Assembly: GCA_965233865.1 (NCBI GenBank)
Contig: OZ247587.1
Location: 1,056,001 to 1,120,000 of the forward strand
DNA from: Candidatus Neptunichlamydia sp.
Lineage (GTDB): Bacteria > Chlamydiota > Chlamydiia > Chlamydiales > Simkaniaceae
Direction of reading: 5' to 3'
DNA: 64,000 bases
Both the position numbers and the translations under genes were made by a program. Shown piece after piece: positions 1 to 10,600 of the stretch (the stretch's first letter is position 1; each line of letters opens with the position of its first letter). The notes beneath the pieces were generated by a model. The model was given only the letters and a program-made list of their open reading frames with translations. It was not told the origin of the DNA and did no database searches.

Positions 1-2
1 CC

Positions 3-101
3 GGTGTTCGCTACCATATCGTCCGCGGTTCACTTGACTGTGCAGCCGTTAAAGACCGAAAGAAAGGCCGATCGAAATACGGCGCAAAGAAACCCAAGTA
101 A
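3..101 (+). CDS. rpsL: 30S ribosomal protein S12, 3' end (partial)
   Basis: Frame from nt 3 reads [32 protein letters not shown], the S12 C-terminus, directly upstream of rpsG. Confidence 0.97.
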   Translation, partial: GVRYHIVRGSLDCAAVKDRKKGRSKYGAKKPK

Positions 102-115
102 AGGAAAAGTGAAAC

Positions 116-589
116 ATGTCTAGAAGACGTCGAGCAACGAAGAGAAAAGCTATCCCTGATCCTAAGTACAATAGTACCGTCCTTGCGAAATTCATCAATC
201 GTGTCATGATGCACGGCAAAAAGTCTGTTGCGATTAAAATCGTATACAGCGCTCTTGAAGAGTTTTCCAAAAAAGTAAGCGCCGAAGACACCCTAAGTGC
301 TTTTGACCAAGCTATGGAAAATGCCATGCCAACTTTGGAAGTCAAATCTCGCCGAATTGGTGGGGCTACTTATCAAGTACCGATTGAAATCCCTCCTGAG
401 AGACGTCAGGCTATGGCTATGAAGTGGATTATTACGAATGCCCGCCAGAAAGCTGGGCGAAGCATGGCTGATGGTTTAGCAACAGAACTCTCTGATTGCT
501 TCAACAACCAGGGAACCACAATTAAAAAGAAAGACGACACTCACCGCATGGCCGAAGCAAACAAAGCTTTTGCTCACTACAAATGGTAA
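116..589 (+). CDS. rpsG: 30S ribosomal protein S7
   Basis: MSRRRRA..PDPKY, SRRIGGATYQVP and HRMAEANKAFAHY motifs. Confidence 0.99.
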   Translation: MSRRRRATKRKAIPDPKYNSTVLAKFINRVMMHGKKSVAIKIVYSALEEFSKKVSAEDTLSAFDQAMENAMPTLEVKSRRIGGATYQVPIEIPPERRQAMAMKWIITNARQKAGRSMADGLATELSDCFNNQGTTIKKKDDTHRMAEANKAFAHYKW

Positions 590-607
590 AGGAGCATCTG
601 AAACGCG

Positions 608-2704
608 ATGGCAAATAAACGCCCACCACAAGATAAGTTAGGAAATGTACGCAACATTGGCATCATGGCCCACATCGATGCCGGAAAAACCACTTGCACA
701 GAGAGAATCCTATATTACTCCGGTCGTGTACACCGCATCGGTGAGGTCCATGAAGGGGCTGCTACAATGGACTGGATGGAACAGGAACAAGAGCGCGGGA
801 TTACCATTACTTCTGCAGCTACAACTGTTTATTGGAAAGATTACAAAATCAACATTATTGACACACCAGGACACGTTGATTTTACCGTTGAAGTAGAGCG
901 CTCCCTGCGAGTCCTTGATGGATCTGTCGCTGTCTTTAGTGCAGTAGATGGAGTGCAACCCCAATCTGAGACTGTGTGGCGGCAAGCTGAGAAATATAAC
1001 GTACCTAGAATTGCTTTCATCAATAAAATGGATCGTGTTGGCGCTGACTACTTCTACTGTATCAAGAGTATGCAAGAGAAGCTCGGTGCAAATGCTATAC
1101 CTGTTCAATACCCCATCGGAGCTGAAAATGACTTCTTAGGGATGTGTGATCTCGTTTCTATGAAAGCCTATGTTTTCAAAGACGAAACCCTAGGCGCTGA
1201 GTTCGAAACCACTGACATTCCTGATGACCTGAAAGAAAAATGCCAAGAGCTTCGCGCAAAGTTGCTTGAAGAGCTTGCAACAATTGATGAGTCAAATGAA
1301 GAATTCATGATGAAGGTTCTTGAAGCACCTGATACCTTGACTGAAGATGAAATTCACGCAGCCATTCGAAAGGGTGTTGTCACAAACAAGTTTAATCCTG
1401 TTCTTTGTGGTTCAGCATTCAAGAACAAGGGAGTTCAACCCCTTCTTGATGCTGTAACAAAGTGGATGCCTTCTCCTTTAGATCGAGGAACGATTAAAGG
1501 GCTTGATGTTGATTCTGATGAAGAACTCACACTTGAGCCTGCAGATGATAGTCCTCTTGCTGCACTTGCCTTTAAAGTTGTCACCGACCCTTACGTCGGT
1601 CGTTTAACGTTTGTTCGTGTTTACTCAGGAACTCTTGCAAAAGGAATGACTCTAATTAACACTACAAAAGGCAAAAAAGAACGTGTTTCAAGGCTACTTG
1701 AAATGCACTCGAACCAACGAAAGGATCGTGAGGAGTTCTTTACAGGAGATATTGCAGCGATTATTGGGCTGAAGAACACTACTACTGGAGATACTCTTTG
1801 TGCTGAAAGTAATCCTCTTCTTTTAGAGAAAATGGAATTTCCCGAGCCTGTAATTTCAATGGCAATTGAGCCAAAATCAAAAAGCGATAGAGAAAAACTT
1901 TCAGTAGCATTAGGCTCCCTTTCTGAAGAAGATCCAACTTTCCGCGTTACGTCAAACGAGGAAACAGGGCAAACAATTATTGCTGGGATGGGTGAACTGC
2001 ACCTCGAAATTTTAAAAGATCGAATGTTCCGCGAATTCAAGGTTGAGGCAAATGTGGGTGCACCGCAGGTCTCATATAAAGAAACTATTACCGCGCCTGG
2101 AAAAACAGAAACCAAGTTTGTAAAACAATCTGGTGGTCGTGGTCAGTACGCGCATGTCTGCTTAGAGATTGAACCAAACGAGTCGGGCAAAGGCAACGAA
2201 GTTGTTAGCAAAATTGTTGGTGGAGTTATCCCAAGAGAATACATCCCTGCATGTATCAAAGGGGTAGAAGAAGGTCTTACCAACGGGGTTCTTGCAGGCT
2301 TTAGCTTGGTTGATGTTAAAGTGGCGATCGTATTTGGATCGTTCCACGAAGTGGATTCAAACGAGATGGCCTTTAAGATTTGCTCTTCAATGGCAATTAA
2401 AGACGCTGCTAAGAAAAGTAAGCCAATTATCCTTGAACCAATTATGAAGGTTGTAGTGACAACTCCTGAAGATTATTTAGGAGATGTTATGGGCGATATC
2501 AACAGGCGTCGTGGAAAAATCCAAAATCAAGGGAATGAAAAAGGTGTTGTCCTCTTCGAATGTGAAGTTCCCTTAAGTGAAATGTTTGGTTACTCGACAA
2601 CACTCCGTTCACTCAGCTCGGGCCGCGCGACATACACCATGGAGCCTAGCCACTTTGAACGTGTTCCTACAAAAATCCAAGAAGAAATTACAAAGAGACA
2701 ATAA
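608..2704 (+). CDS. fusA: Elongation factor G
   Basis: [31 protein letters not shown]; 698 aa. Confidence 0.99.
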   Translation: MANKRPPQDKLGNVRNIGIMAHIDAGKTTCTERILYYSGRVHRIGEVHEGAATMDWMEQEQERGITITSAATTVYWKDYKINIIDTPGHVDFTVEVERSLRVLDGSVAVFSAVDGVQPQSETVWRQAEKYNVPRIAFINKMDRVGADYFYCIKSMQEKLGANAIPVQYPIGAENDFLGMCDLVSMKAYVFKDETLGAEFETTDIPDDLKEKCQELRAKLLEELATIDESNEEFMMKVLEAPDTLTEDEIHAAIRKGVVTNKFNPVLCGSAFKNKGVQPLLDAVTKWMPSPLDRGTIKGLDVDSDEELTLEPADDSPLAALAFKVVTDPYVGRLTFVRVYSGTLAKGMTLINTTKGKKERVSRLLEMHSNQRKDREEFFTGDIAAIIGLKNTTTGDTLCAESNPLLLEKMEFPEPVISMAIEPKSKSDREKLSVALGSLSEEDPTFRVTSNEETGQTIIAGMGELHLEILKDRMFREFKVEANVGAPQVSYKETITAPGKTETKFVKQSGGRGQYAHVCLEIEPNESGKGNEVVSKIVGGVIPREYIPACIKGVEEGLTNGVLAGFSLVDVKVAIVFGSFHEVDSNEMAFKICSSMAIKDAAKKSKPIILEPIMKVVVTTPEDYLGDVMGDINRRRGKIQNQGNEKGVVLFECEVPLSEMFGYSTTLRSLSSGRATYTMEPSHFERVPTKIQEEITKRQ

Positions 2705-3040
2705 ATGGCAAAAGAACCAAAGGTAAAAGAACCTAGTAGAAAAAAGATAAGAGTCCGCCTTAAAGGATATGACCAGCGCATTCTTGACCGCTCAACTGCC
2801 GATATTGTTGAGACAGCAAAGAGAACTGGCGCACGGATTGTTGGGCCGATTCCCCTTCCTACGAAGCGAGAAATCTATACTGTCCTCCGCTCCCCTCACG
2901 TTGACCGAAAGTCGCGAGAGCAATTTGAGATCCGTACTCACATTCGCCTTCTCGATATTATTAACCCCACACTTGACACGATTGACAAACTTAAAGTCCT
3001 TCCTGTCGCAGCCGGTGTCGACATCAAAATTAAGGCCTAG
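2705..3040 (+). CDS. rpsJ: 30S ribosomal protein S10
   Basis: [35 protein letters not shown]. Confidence 0.99.
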   Translation: MAKEPKVKEPSRKKIRVRLKGYDQRILDRSTADIVETAKRTGARIVGPIPLPTKREIYTVLRSPHVDRKSREQFEIRTHIRLLDIINPTLDTIDKLKVLPVAAGVDIKIKA

Positions 3041-3059
3041 CACCAACAAAGCTTACTTC

Positions 3060-3087
3060 AAAAGCCCTAGAAATCTTGGGGCTTTTT
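3060..3087 (+). terminator. Intrinsic terminator of the str/rpsJ operon
   Basis: AAAGCCCTAG-aaat-CTTGGGGCTTTTT imperfect hairpin with T-tract about 20 nt after the rpsJ stop. Confidence 0.7.
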
Positions 3088-3128
3088 GCATCCTTTAAAT
3101 AACGTGGATTCGATTTTTAAGTTCTACA

Positions 3129-3240
3129 TATAGCTGAATTATTTTAAATTAGTTATAGGCAATATTCCTTGAAAAGTTCATCTACTCCACACTGGTATTT
3201 CCTTCGTTTGGATTTTGCTTAGGCCCACTTATGTTCAGCT
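3129..3240 (-). mobile_element. IS630-family right-end remnant
   Basis: Minus strand reads AEHKWA*AKSKRRKYQCGVDELFKEYCL* then ...TTCAGCTATA; homologous to the IS630 fragment at 41924-42090. Confidence 0.8.
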
Positions 3241-3301
3241 GTCATCCTTTATTCACTAGGAAAAGCATCATATGATTTTATAGCTAAGTTATTTGGAGTT
3301 A

Positions 3302-3951
3302 CTAGAGCTGCCGTCCTAAACAGGTATAAGCGGCTTTGGTTACCACTTTGCTTCCTTCCCTGACTTTGTAATGTATCGCATCAAAAAAGATGATAGGGTA
3401 AATGTTTGACAAAGGACGCGATTGCCATTCTGCGGCAACTTCCAATACCTTATCAGTAATATTTGAGACCATAGCAGGAGAGATATCTGCTCCATAGAGC
3501 TCTTTAATATGCCCCTGAATATCACGAGTCGTCATACCCCGAGCATACATTGAGATAATCTTATCATTAGAGGAGCTGATATGACCATCCCTCTTCTTAA
3601 TTAGCTTGGGCTCAAACTCGCTTTTCCTATCTCGAGGTACCTCTATCTCTATAGGTCCATGCGTGTTCTGTATGACTTTTTTGTTTTTCCCATTCCGGTT
3701 GTTATCGGTATTATTACCCTTGATGGCGTGCTCTTCATATCCTAAGTGCCCTTCCATCTCTTTCTCGAGCATTTTCTCAACCATTCCACCAATGAGCTTT
3801 TGGATTAGCCCATTTTGACCGGTTAGGTCTTCCATGGTTGCGCACTTATCTAATTCTTCTTCGAAATCATAATTCATGATTTATCCTTGTGTGAAATCAA
3901 CGTTATTTTTCCTTAACATTTTTTCATTTACACAGTTATTCTTACAGTCTC
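3302..3951 (-). mobile_element. Truncated IS256-family element (left TIR plus 5' half of transposase, ORF 3302-3877)
   Basis: RNG..K...GPIEIEVPRDRKSEFEP, SMYARGMTTRDI and IFFDAIHYKVR motifs; only 191 aa; TIR GAGACTGTAAGAATAACTGTGTAAA at 3927-3951 (minus). Confidence 0.92.
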
Positions 3952-4171
3952 GAAAAAGAAGCAAGTACCGTTCCTGTTCAGCAAGCATCTCATCCCTGTC
4001 CAACTTCAGTGGTTGCTGTGCAGTCTCCTTTCCAAACCGTGTATATGCAGCCTCCTTTTGTACAGAATATTTATATGCAGCCTACTTCTAATATAACGTG
4101 AATTCGATTTTTAACGTACAGGATGTTAATTTTTTAAGGTAAAAATCTTAGATAAAAAAAGCCTCCTTTTT

Positions 4172-4350
4172 GCTCATGCCTTGGATCAAATGTAAAATCG
4201 GGGGTTTACTCCTTTAGTTATTGAAAAAACAATAAAAGATGGTTTAAATATCACCAAATAGGATCATGGGGAGAATGCAATTTTATGACCCAGTAAATAA
4301 TATTTCAGTGGTGACTGAATATGGCCATATAGTAACCACGATGTATGGTA
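4172..4350 (+). pseudogene. Degraded polymorphic-toxin (RHS/CdiA-CT-like) C-terminal domain
   Basis: AHALDQM*NRGFTPLVIEKTIKDGL, then after a frameshift SPNRIMGRMQFYDPVNNISVVTEYGHIVTTMYG; fits the HxxDxMxxRG...YYDxVNNxxVV...GxxVT pattern of BECR-like toxin tips. Confidence 0.6.
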
Positions 4351-4406
4351 TAGATAGAGTTTTCAGGGAGTACTGAACATAACTAAAACAAGTTATTTTA
4401 GCTATA
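4344..4406 (+). repeat. IS630-derived right-end repeat (copy of 39880-39942)
   Basis: 63-bp imperfect direct match to 39880-39942; encodes YGIDRVFREY*, ends TTAGCTATA. Confidence 0.75.
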
Positions 4407-4750
4407 TTGTAAAACTATGAAATTATTAAGTGAATATGAATTAAGACAAATTCAAAGAATGGAATCCCATAGGTATTCAGAATACCTCAGAAATATATGA
4501 TAAGTATGAGGCTTACACAGCTATCTATATCAGGAGAAGAATGATGAGATGGCTTGCTAATACCCCTCCTTCAAAGTCTCGACTCTATGAAATCAAACAC
4601 GAGGGGGGGTAACGTATATACGTGATCATTTACAAGATACCCTAAAAATGGCGATAAAATGCGCTCAGGAAGACTATGACATGCCAAAAAATGCAGTTGT
4701 TAATCATCTGAAAATACTCCAATGGACTTGGGGAGAGCATTTCAACAAGC

Positions 4751-5758
4751 CTATGTGAACAATAGGCTTTGATATATCCCTTCGTAACTGTTCATACATC
4801 TTTCCCAAAGGTACTTTTCTTCAAACCGCTTTTTTGCTTCCTTCGTATAGTCCTCTTTTGCAAGGACTGCTTCGGCATATTTTTGAGGATCTTTGTGATC
4901 CATAAGAGTCGCGAGTGGTCCAGGTTCAACCACCTCTTCAAAAGCAGAAATGCGAGAGGCTATGATGGGAATTTCCATCGCCATGGCTTCGAGAAGTAGC
5001 AGAGAGCAAGCTTCCCAAACAGAGGGAATCAAGACAGTTTCCGCTTCTGCAAGTTGTTTGAGAGCATCATCGCGCGGCAACTTTCCTGTAACCGTAACAT
5101 AGGGGCTCGCTTTCATTTCTTCTTCAAGTTCACCGCCTCCGATTACCTTAAGCTGGTACCCTTTGGGTCCAAGGATCTCCATAACCTTAAGGAGGAAAAG
5201 TGGATCTTTGACAGGGGTAACACTCCCCACAAAGACAAGAAGTTTTTCCTTTGGAGCCTGTCGTTTGGGTAGTTTACTCCTGTCGATTCCATTGGGGATC
5301 ACGCAATGGTTTGCTCCTCGTATTAGATCATATCTAAGCGCGACATCTTCCTCCCCTTTAGAAACAAAGACAGTAAGGTCCGCCTTCTTAATGGCTTTCC
5401 TCTGCGCCCATTTGCTAAGCAGCACTCCTTGGTAGATGCCATGGAGACCATGAATCGTATAAACAATGGGGCATTTCTTTGGGACAAAGCTAAGAAAGAA
5501 TGCCGCTCTTCCTCCATGGACGTGGATAAGATCAGGATTCACTTCACCAATAATGCTCCGCATTTTTAATGGAATGCGCATATCAAATCGCGCTTTAAAA
5601 AAATTGACCCCATACTTAGGAATGCCGCCCGCAGCCTCTAAGGAATAGGAACCTTTCTGAGTAAGAAGGGCCGAGTTTTTCATAGAATCAATCATTTCAA
5701 GAACGAAGGTGGTCCCACCACCAGGGTTCCCATCAGCTACAATCTGCAGTACTTTCAT
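4751..5758 (-). CDS. Glycosyltransferase family 4 (GT-B)
   Basis: GGG N-terminal loop, PDLIHVH, IPNGID, PSVWEACSLLLLEAMA (EX7E). Confidence 0.92.
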   Translation of the reverse strand: MKVLQIVADGNPGGGTTFVLEMIDSMKNSALLTQKGSYSLEAAGGIPKYGVNFFKARFDMRIPLKMRSIIGEVNPDLIHVHGGRAAFFLSFVPKKCPIVYTIHGLHGIYQGVLLSKWAQRKAIKKADLTVFVSKGEEDVALRYDLIRGANHCVIPNGIDRSKLPKRQAPKEKLLVFVGSVTPVKDPLFLLKVMEILGPKGYQLKVIGGGELEEEMKASPYVTVTGKLPRDDALKQLAEAETVLIPSVWEACSLLLLEAMAMEIPIIASRISAFEEVVEPGPLATLMDHKDPQKYAEAVLAKEDYTKEAKKRFEEKYLWERCMNSYEGIYQSLLFT

Positions 5759-5827
5759 GCGATTATCATACCACTAAATGACATTTTTTGATACGATTTG
5801 AAGAAGCAAAAAAACAATGAGAGTTTC

Positions 5828-6505
5828 ATGCTCACAACTATTGCTCGTCTATTTGGAAAGTCTCCCTTCCACCCTCTTCAGTCTCATATGAAGAAGGTGA
5901 GTAGCTGTATGAAAAAGCTCACCGAGATCTTCAATAATTTGAAAGATAAAAGCCCTGAAGAGTTGGAAAAGCTTGTTAAAGAACTTTGCAAATTAGAGCA
6001 CGAAGCAGATCTTACAAAGAATGATATTCGGAATCACTTGCCAAAGAGTTTATTCCTTCCAATCGATCGTGGACAGTTCCTCGATATTTTGTCGATTCAA
6101 GATAATATTGCTGATAAGGCAGAAGATATTGGTGAACTTCTTCTTCTCTATCCAACAAAAGAATTGGGCGATCTATGTGATCATCTTGACAGCCTTTTTA
6201 AGAAGAACATGGAGGCTTTTTGGGATGCCCGAAATATCATAAAAGAACTTCATGAACTTTTAGAATCTACTTTTGGAGGGCTTGAAGCAGAAAAAGTGAA
6301 GACAATTGTGGAAAAAACCTCTCGCCTTGAGTATGAAGCAGATAAGATGAAGCACGCTCTCTTGAAAGAATTTTTTAAATCTGCAGAATCGGTGAAAACC
6401 CCAGTGTTTTATCTTTATACTCGCCTTGTTGAGGAGATCAATGCCATCTCCCACATCTCCGAACAACTTGCAAATCGAATCCGTATGATCCTAGAGCTAA
6501 AGTAG
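5828..6505 (+). CDS. DUF47/PhoU-like phosphate transport regulator
   Basis: LFGKSPF, LEHEAD, IRNHLPKSLFLPIDRG; upstream of pit; ATG 5828 preferred to TTG 5798. Confidence 0.9.
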   Translation: MLTTIARLFGKSPFHPLQSHMKKVSSCMKKLTEIFNNLKDKSPEELEKLVKELCKLEHEADLTKNDIRNHLPKSLFLPIDRGQFLDILSIQDNIADKAEDIGELLLLYPTKELGDLCDHLDSLFKKNMEAFWDARNIIKELHELLESTFGGLEAEKVKTIVEKTSRLEYEADKMKHALLKEFFKSAESVKTPVFYLYTRLVEEINAISHISEQLANRIRMILELK

Positions 6506-6506
6506 T

Positions 6507-7925
6507 ATGTCTGTCGAAACAATTTTGACCATTCTTGTTCTGCTCGCTGGCTTTTACATGGCTTGGAACATCGGAGCCAATGATGTGTCCAATGCAATGG
6601 GAACATCGGTGGGATCTGGAGCTTTAACCCTCTTTAAAGCAGTGATCATCGCAGGTATCTTGGAATTTTGTGGAGCATTCTTCTTAGGAGGCAATGTCTC
6701 TCGAACGATGCAACAAGGGATCGTCAACCCTGACATCTTTGCCCATAACCCGCAAATTCTCCTTTTTGGAATGTTATCAGCTCTTATCTCTACAGCCGTA
6801 TGGCTGCAGGTTGCTTCCTATTTTGGATGGCCCGTGTCCACAACCCACGCAATCATTGGAGCCCTTATCGGATTCGGCGCACTTGTTGGAGGGGTGGATG
6901 CAGTTCACTGGAATGAAGTGGGACGGATCGCTCTGAGTTGGGTCATTTCTCCCGCGCTTAGTGGCCTTTTTGCCTATATGATATTTAGTACGCTGCAACG
7001 AAAGATTCTCTTTGCAATGAATCCAATCAATGCAACACGGAAACTCATCCCCATATTAGTCTTTATCGTCCTCTTGGTTTTTACGCTAAGCGTCCTGATG
7101 AACGGTATGGGATCATTACACGTCAAGTTCAGTAATCTCGAAACGTTGCTGATTGGTTGCGGCATCGGCCTTGTTGGTGCTTTGATTAGTTTTTTTGTCC
7201 TCAAAAGAGTTTACCTGCCTCAGGAACAAGCGGTTTCAGCAAACACTTCTCAACAAGTCTTTAGCCTGAACAAAGCCGTCCGCCACTTGAAACGTGTAAA
7301 GCTTTCAAGCAAGGGGAATCGGCGCGACCAGGTTTCCCTGATCCTTCGCAACGTAGAAGATTATGCAGAAGAAGTACGGGAACACTCAAATCTTTATACA
7401 GCAAGTTCCGACTATAAAATTGTCGAAAAAATGTTTGCATCGCTTCAAATTTTGAGTGCTGCCTATGTTGCCTTTGCTCATGGTGCAAATGATGTCGCAA
7501 ACGCCATTGGTCCTGTTGCGGCGGCTCTCGAAATCATCCAAAAAGGAGGGCTTCCAATGACTTTTCATGTTCCAGCATGGCTTCTCGCTATGGGAGGTGT
7601 TGGAATCGTTGTTGGTTTGGCCACTTGGGGGTGGAGAGTCATGGAAACTATCGGCAGAAAAATTACTGCACTCACACCAACACGGGGTTTCAGTGCTGAG
7701 TTTGGAGCAGCGATCACAATCCTTGTTGCCTCAAAATTTGGTCTCCCCATTTCTACAACTCATTGTATTGTTGGAGCAGTGCTTGGTGTCGGCCTTGCGC
7801 GAGGGATTTCAGCCCTTAATATACGGGTGCTTCGAGACATTGTTCTTTCGTGGATCATCACGATTCCCTCAAGTGCTATCGTCTGCATATTAATTTTTTA
7901 TTTGCTTCGTGCCATCTTTTCATAA
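6507..7925 (+). CDS. Inorganic phosphate transporter, PiT family
   Basis: Two GANDV(S/A)NA signatures and PVSTTH/PISTTH motifs. Confidence 0.96.
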   Translation: MSVETILTILVLLAGFYMAWNIGANDVSNAMGTSVGSGALTLFKAVIIAGILEFCGAFFLGGNVSRTMQQGIVNPDIFAHNPQILLFGMLSALISTAVWLQVASYFGWPVSTTHAIIGALIGFGALVGGVDAVHWNEVGRIALSWVISPALSGLFAYMIFSTLQRKILFAMNPINATRKLIPILVFIVLLVFTLSVLMNGMGSLHVKFSNLETLLIGCGIGLVGALISFFVLKRVYLPQEQAVSANTSQQVFSLNKAVRHLKRVKLSSKGNRRDQVSLILRNVEDYAEEVREHSNLYTASSDYKIVEKMFASLQILSAAYVAFAHGANDVANAIGPVAAALEIIQKGGLPMTFHVPAWLLAMGGVGIVVGLATWGWRVMETIGRKITALTPTRGFSAEFGAAITILVASKFGLPISTTHCIVGAVLGVGLARGISALNIRVLRDIVLSWIITIPSSAIVCILIFYLLRAIFS

Positions 7926-7975
7926 TTGTGCTAACACAAAATTATGAATTTTTATGCAAGGATTAGTATTAGTTC

Positions 7976-10528
7976 ATGACTCCACTAGAACTTCAAGCCG
8001 AAACTGTAGCTCAAAAGGTACGTCATTATCTCATCACCACAATGGGACGAACTGCTGATGAAGCAAATGATGATGAATTTTATCGGGCTTTCTGCGCATC
8101 GCTGCGTGAAGAGATTATGATCAACTGGACTGCCACAACGCATACATTCAAAAAACCGGGGCTCCGAAGGCTCTACTACTTATCAATGGAGTACATGCCT
8201 GGTCGCCTCTTTGGAAATAATATCACTAACATCAGTGCCGTTGATTTTGTAAAACAGATTCTAAAACGACTCAATCGAGATATTGACACAGTTGCTAGTA
8301 TGGAGCATGACATTGGGATTGGGAATGGAGGGCTCGGCCGCTTAGCCTCTTGTTTTATGGATTCTCTTGCAACACTCCAATACCCAGCAATGGCTTATGG
8401 AATGCGCTATCAATATGGAATTTTTGATCAAGAATTAATCTGCGGAATACAGATCGAACGCCCAGATTGTTGGCTACTTACACCCAACCCTTGGGAGTTT
8501 CGTCGTGATACCCACGCAGTTCCTGTCCGTTTCTCAGGGAAACCTGTCCCGCGTAAAAATAGTCACGGAGATGAAATCTATGACCTAATTGATTATGAAG
8601 AGGTAAGAGCTCTTCCTTACGACCTCCCGATTATCGGATATAGCCCCGATCCTAATTTTTCTGTTCTCACTCTTCGTCTTTGGTCAACCAAGGAATCTCC
8701 CCGCAATTTCCAATTGCAGCGGTATAATGCAGGAGAAATAGGGCAAGCAAGTGAAAATACAAGCCTTACAGATGTTCTCTACCCTAATGACAACCACGAA
8801 GCAGGAAAGCGTATTCGACTCAAACAGGAATTTTTACTTGTCTCAGCCTCTCTTCAAGACATAGTTAACCAGTATAAAGAGATCTACTCAAATATAGAGC
8901 AGTTTGCCGACGTGGTGCGTATCCAAATTAATGACACCCACCCCGCACTCATCATTCCAGAGCTCATTCACCTTTTAACAAAAGAAAATGACATCTCTTG
9001 GAGCAAGGCATGGGAAATCGTTCGTGCCTGCTGTGCTTATACAAATCATACAGTGCTCAAAGAAGCCCTTGAAGAGTGGAATGCCGAGCTTATGGATAAA
9101 CTCCTTCCCCGCCATTACGCAATTCTTCAAAGATTGAATCAAGAATTTTGCAGAGATGTTCGCACAACCTTTCCAAAAGATGAGGGTAGAGTCCGTCGCA
9201 TGTCGATCATTGAAGAGGGCCAGATAAAGATGGCAAACCTTGCAATTTATGGTTCCCATAAAGTGAATGGAGTTGCAGCGCTACATACCGAAATTTTAAA
9301 AACTTCTCTCTTTAAAGATTTTTACGAGATGTATCCCAATAAATTTGTCAATGTGACCAATGGAATCACACAAAGACGATGGCTCCTATATTGTAATCCC
9401 CTTCTCGTAAAATTTTTAGAAAAACGGATTGGAAATGGATGGATTACTAATTTTTCAGAGATTGCCAAGATTGCTGATTATGCAAATGACCCTGAGTCAC
9501 AAAAAGAATTTCTCGAAATCAAGAAAAAAAATAAACACCGCCTCCTCAAAATGATTGAGGAAGATATGGAGTTTCGCCATGGCTCTGGGAAAAATTTTTC
9601 ACAGCAAAATTTCCTTGGATCCGATGCGCTTTTCGATGTCCAAATCAAACGCATTCATGAGTATAAAAGGCAGCTAATGAAAGCATTGCATCTGCTGATG
9701 CTCTACTACGAAATCAAGGAAAACCCTGAGTCTCACCGCATCAAGAGATTTGCAATCTTTGGGGGAAAAGCAGCACCAGGCTACCTTGTTGCAAAAAGCA
9801 TTATCTGCCTTATCTATTGCCTCTCTCGAAAAATTAACCAAGACCCTGAGGTAGGTAAACGCATCAAAATTGTCTATATCGAAAACTATAACGTCTCAAA
9901 GGCTGAAGTGATTATCCCCGGAACAGACCTTTCAGAACAGATTTCAACAGCTGGGATGGAGGCATCCGGAACAGGGAATATGAAATTTTCAGTTAATGGC
10001 GCTTTGACTATTGCAACCGATGATGGAGCCAACATTGAAATGCGAAAAAAGGTAACAGATGAATGGTGGCCCTTTATGTTTGGAGCAAGCTCCAATGAAA
10101 ACCTTGAGATGCAGCGCGACCATAGATACAATCCTCTAGATATTTATTCAAACAACAAAAAAATTAAACAGGCTGTGGATGCATTAAAGAACGGCTCTCT
10201 CGTTGAAAATGATGTCGAACATGAAGCACTCATGACCGTCTATAATAGCCTCATCGAAAAAGGTTCTGATCGTTTCTTCGTGCTCAATGATCTAATGGCT
10301 TACTATGATACCCAAAAAAAGGTTGAGAAACTTTACTTAGATCCTGCCCGTTGGGCAGAGTGTGCAATTCACAATATTGCGGGAATGGGCTTTTTTTCTG
10401 CTGATGTTTCGATCAACAACTATGCCAAAAAAATCTGGGGGCTAGAAAAATGCCCTCCCGATCCAGCTGAGCTTGCTCAAGTCCGCAAGGAATATAGCGA
10501 GCACGACCGCTGCCGCGTCATCCAATAG
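7976..10528 (+). CDS. glgP: Glycogen phosphorylase
   Basis: GNGGLGRLASCF, QINDTHP, QIKRIHEYKRQ, EASGTGNMKF (PLP lysine). Confidence 0.98.
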   Translation: MTPLELQAETVAQKVRHYLITTMGRTADEANDDEFYRAFCASLREEIMINWTATTHTFKKPGLRRLYYLSMEYMPGRLFGNNITNISAVDFVKQILKRLNRDIDTVASMEHDIGIGNGGLGRLASCFMDSLATLQYPAMAYGMRYQYGIFDQELICGIQIERPDCWLLTPNPWEFRRDTHAVPVRFSGKPVPRKNSHGDEIYDLIDYEEVRALPYDLPIIGYSPDPNFSVLTLRLWSTKESPRNFQLQRYNAGEIGQASENTSLTDVLYPNDNHEAGKRIRLKQEFLLVSASLQDIVNQYKEIYSNIEQFADVVRIQINDTHPALIIPELIHLLTKENDISWSKAWEIVRACCAYTNHTVLKEALEEWNAELMDKLLPRHYAILQRLNQEFCRDVRTTFPKDEGRVRRMSIIEEGQIKMANLAIYGSHKVNGVAALHTEILKTSLFKDFYEMYPNKFVNVTNGITQRRWLLYCNPLLVKFLEKRIGNGWITNFSEIAKIADYANDPESQKEFLEIKKKNKHRLLKMIEEDMEFRHGSGKNFSQQNFLGSDALFDVQIKRIHEYKRQLMKALHLLMLYYEIKENPESHRIKRFAIFGGKAAPGYLVAKSIICLIYCLSRKINQDPEVGKRIKIVYIENYNVSKAEVIIPGTDLSEQISTAGMEASGTGNMKFSVNGALTIATDDGANIEMRKKVTDEWWPFMFGASSNENLEMQRDHRYNPLDIYSNNKKIKQAVDALKNGSLVENDVEHEALMTVYNSLIEKGSDRFFVLNDLMAYYDTQKKVEKLYLDPARWAECAIHNIAGMGFFSADVSINNYAKKIWGLEKCPPDPAELAQVRKEYSEHDRCRVIQ

Positions 10529-10600
10529 GACACGTCCACATACTTCCCCTGAGCCTATCCTAAATTTAGAAAATACGAGAGTGTATACCTAAATACACCT

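Noticed and set aside
1..3040. str operon lacks tuf and rpsJ is detached from the S10 operon
   Set aside because: This is the normal chlamydial arrangement; useful for taxonomy but not novel
4042..4088. Two TATATGCAGCCT repeats 30 nt apart as a possible mini-CRISPR
   Set aside because: Only two short units, period is a multiple of 3 inside an open frame (YMQP twice), and no cas genes are present
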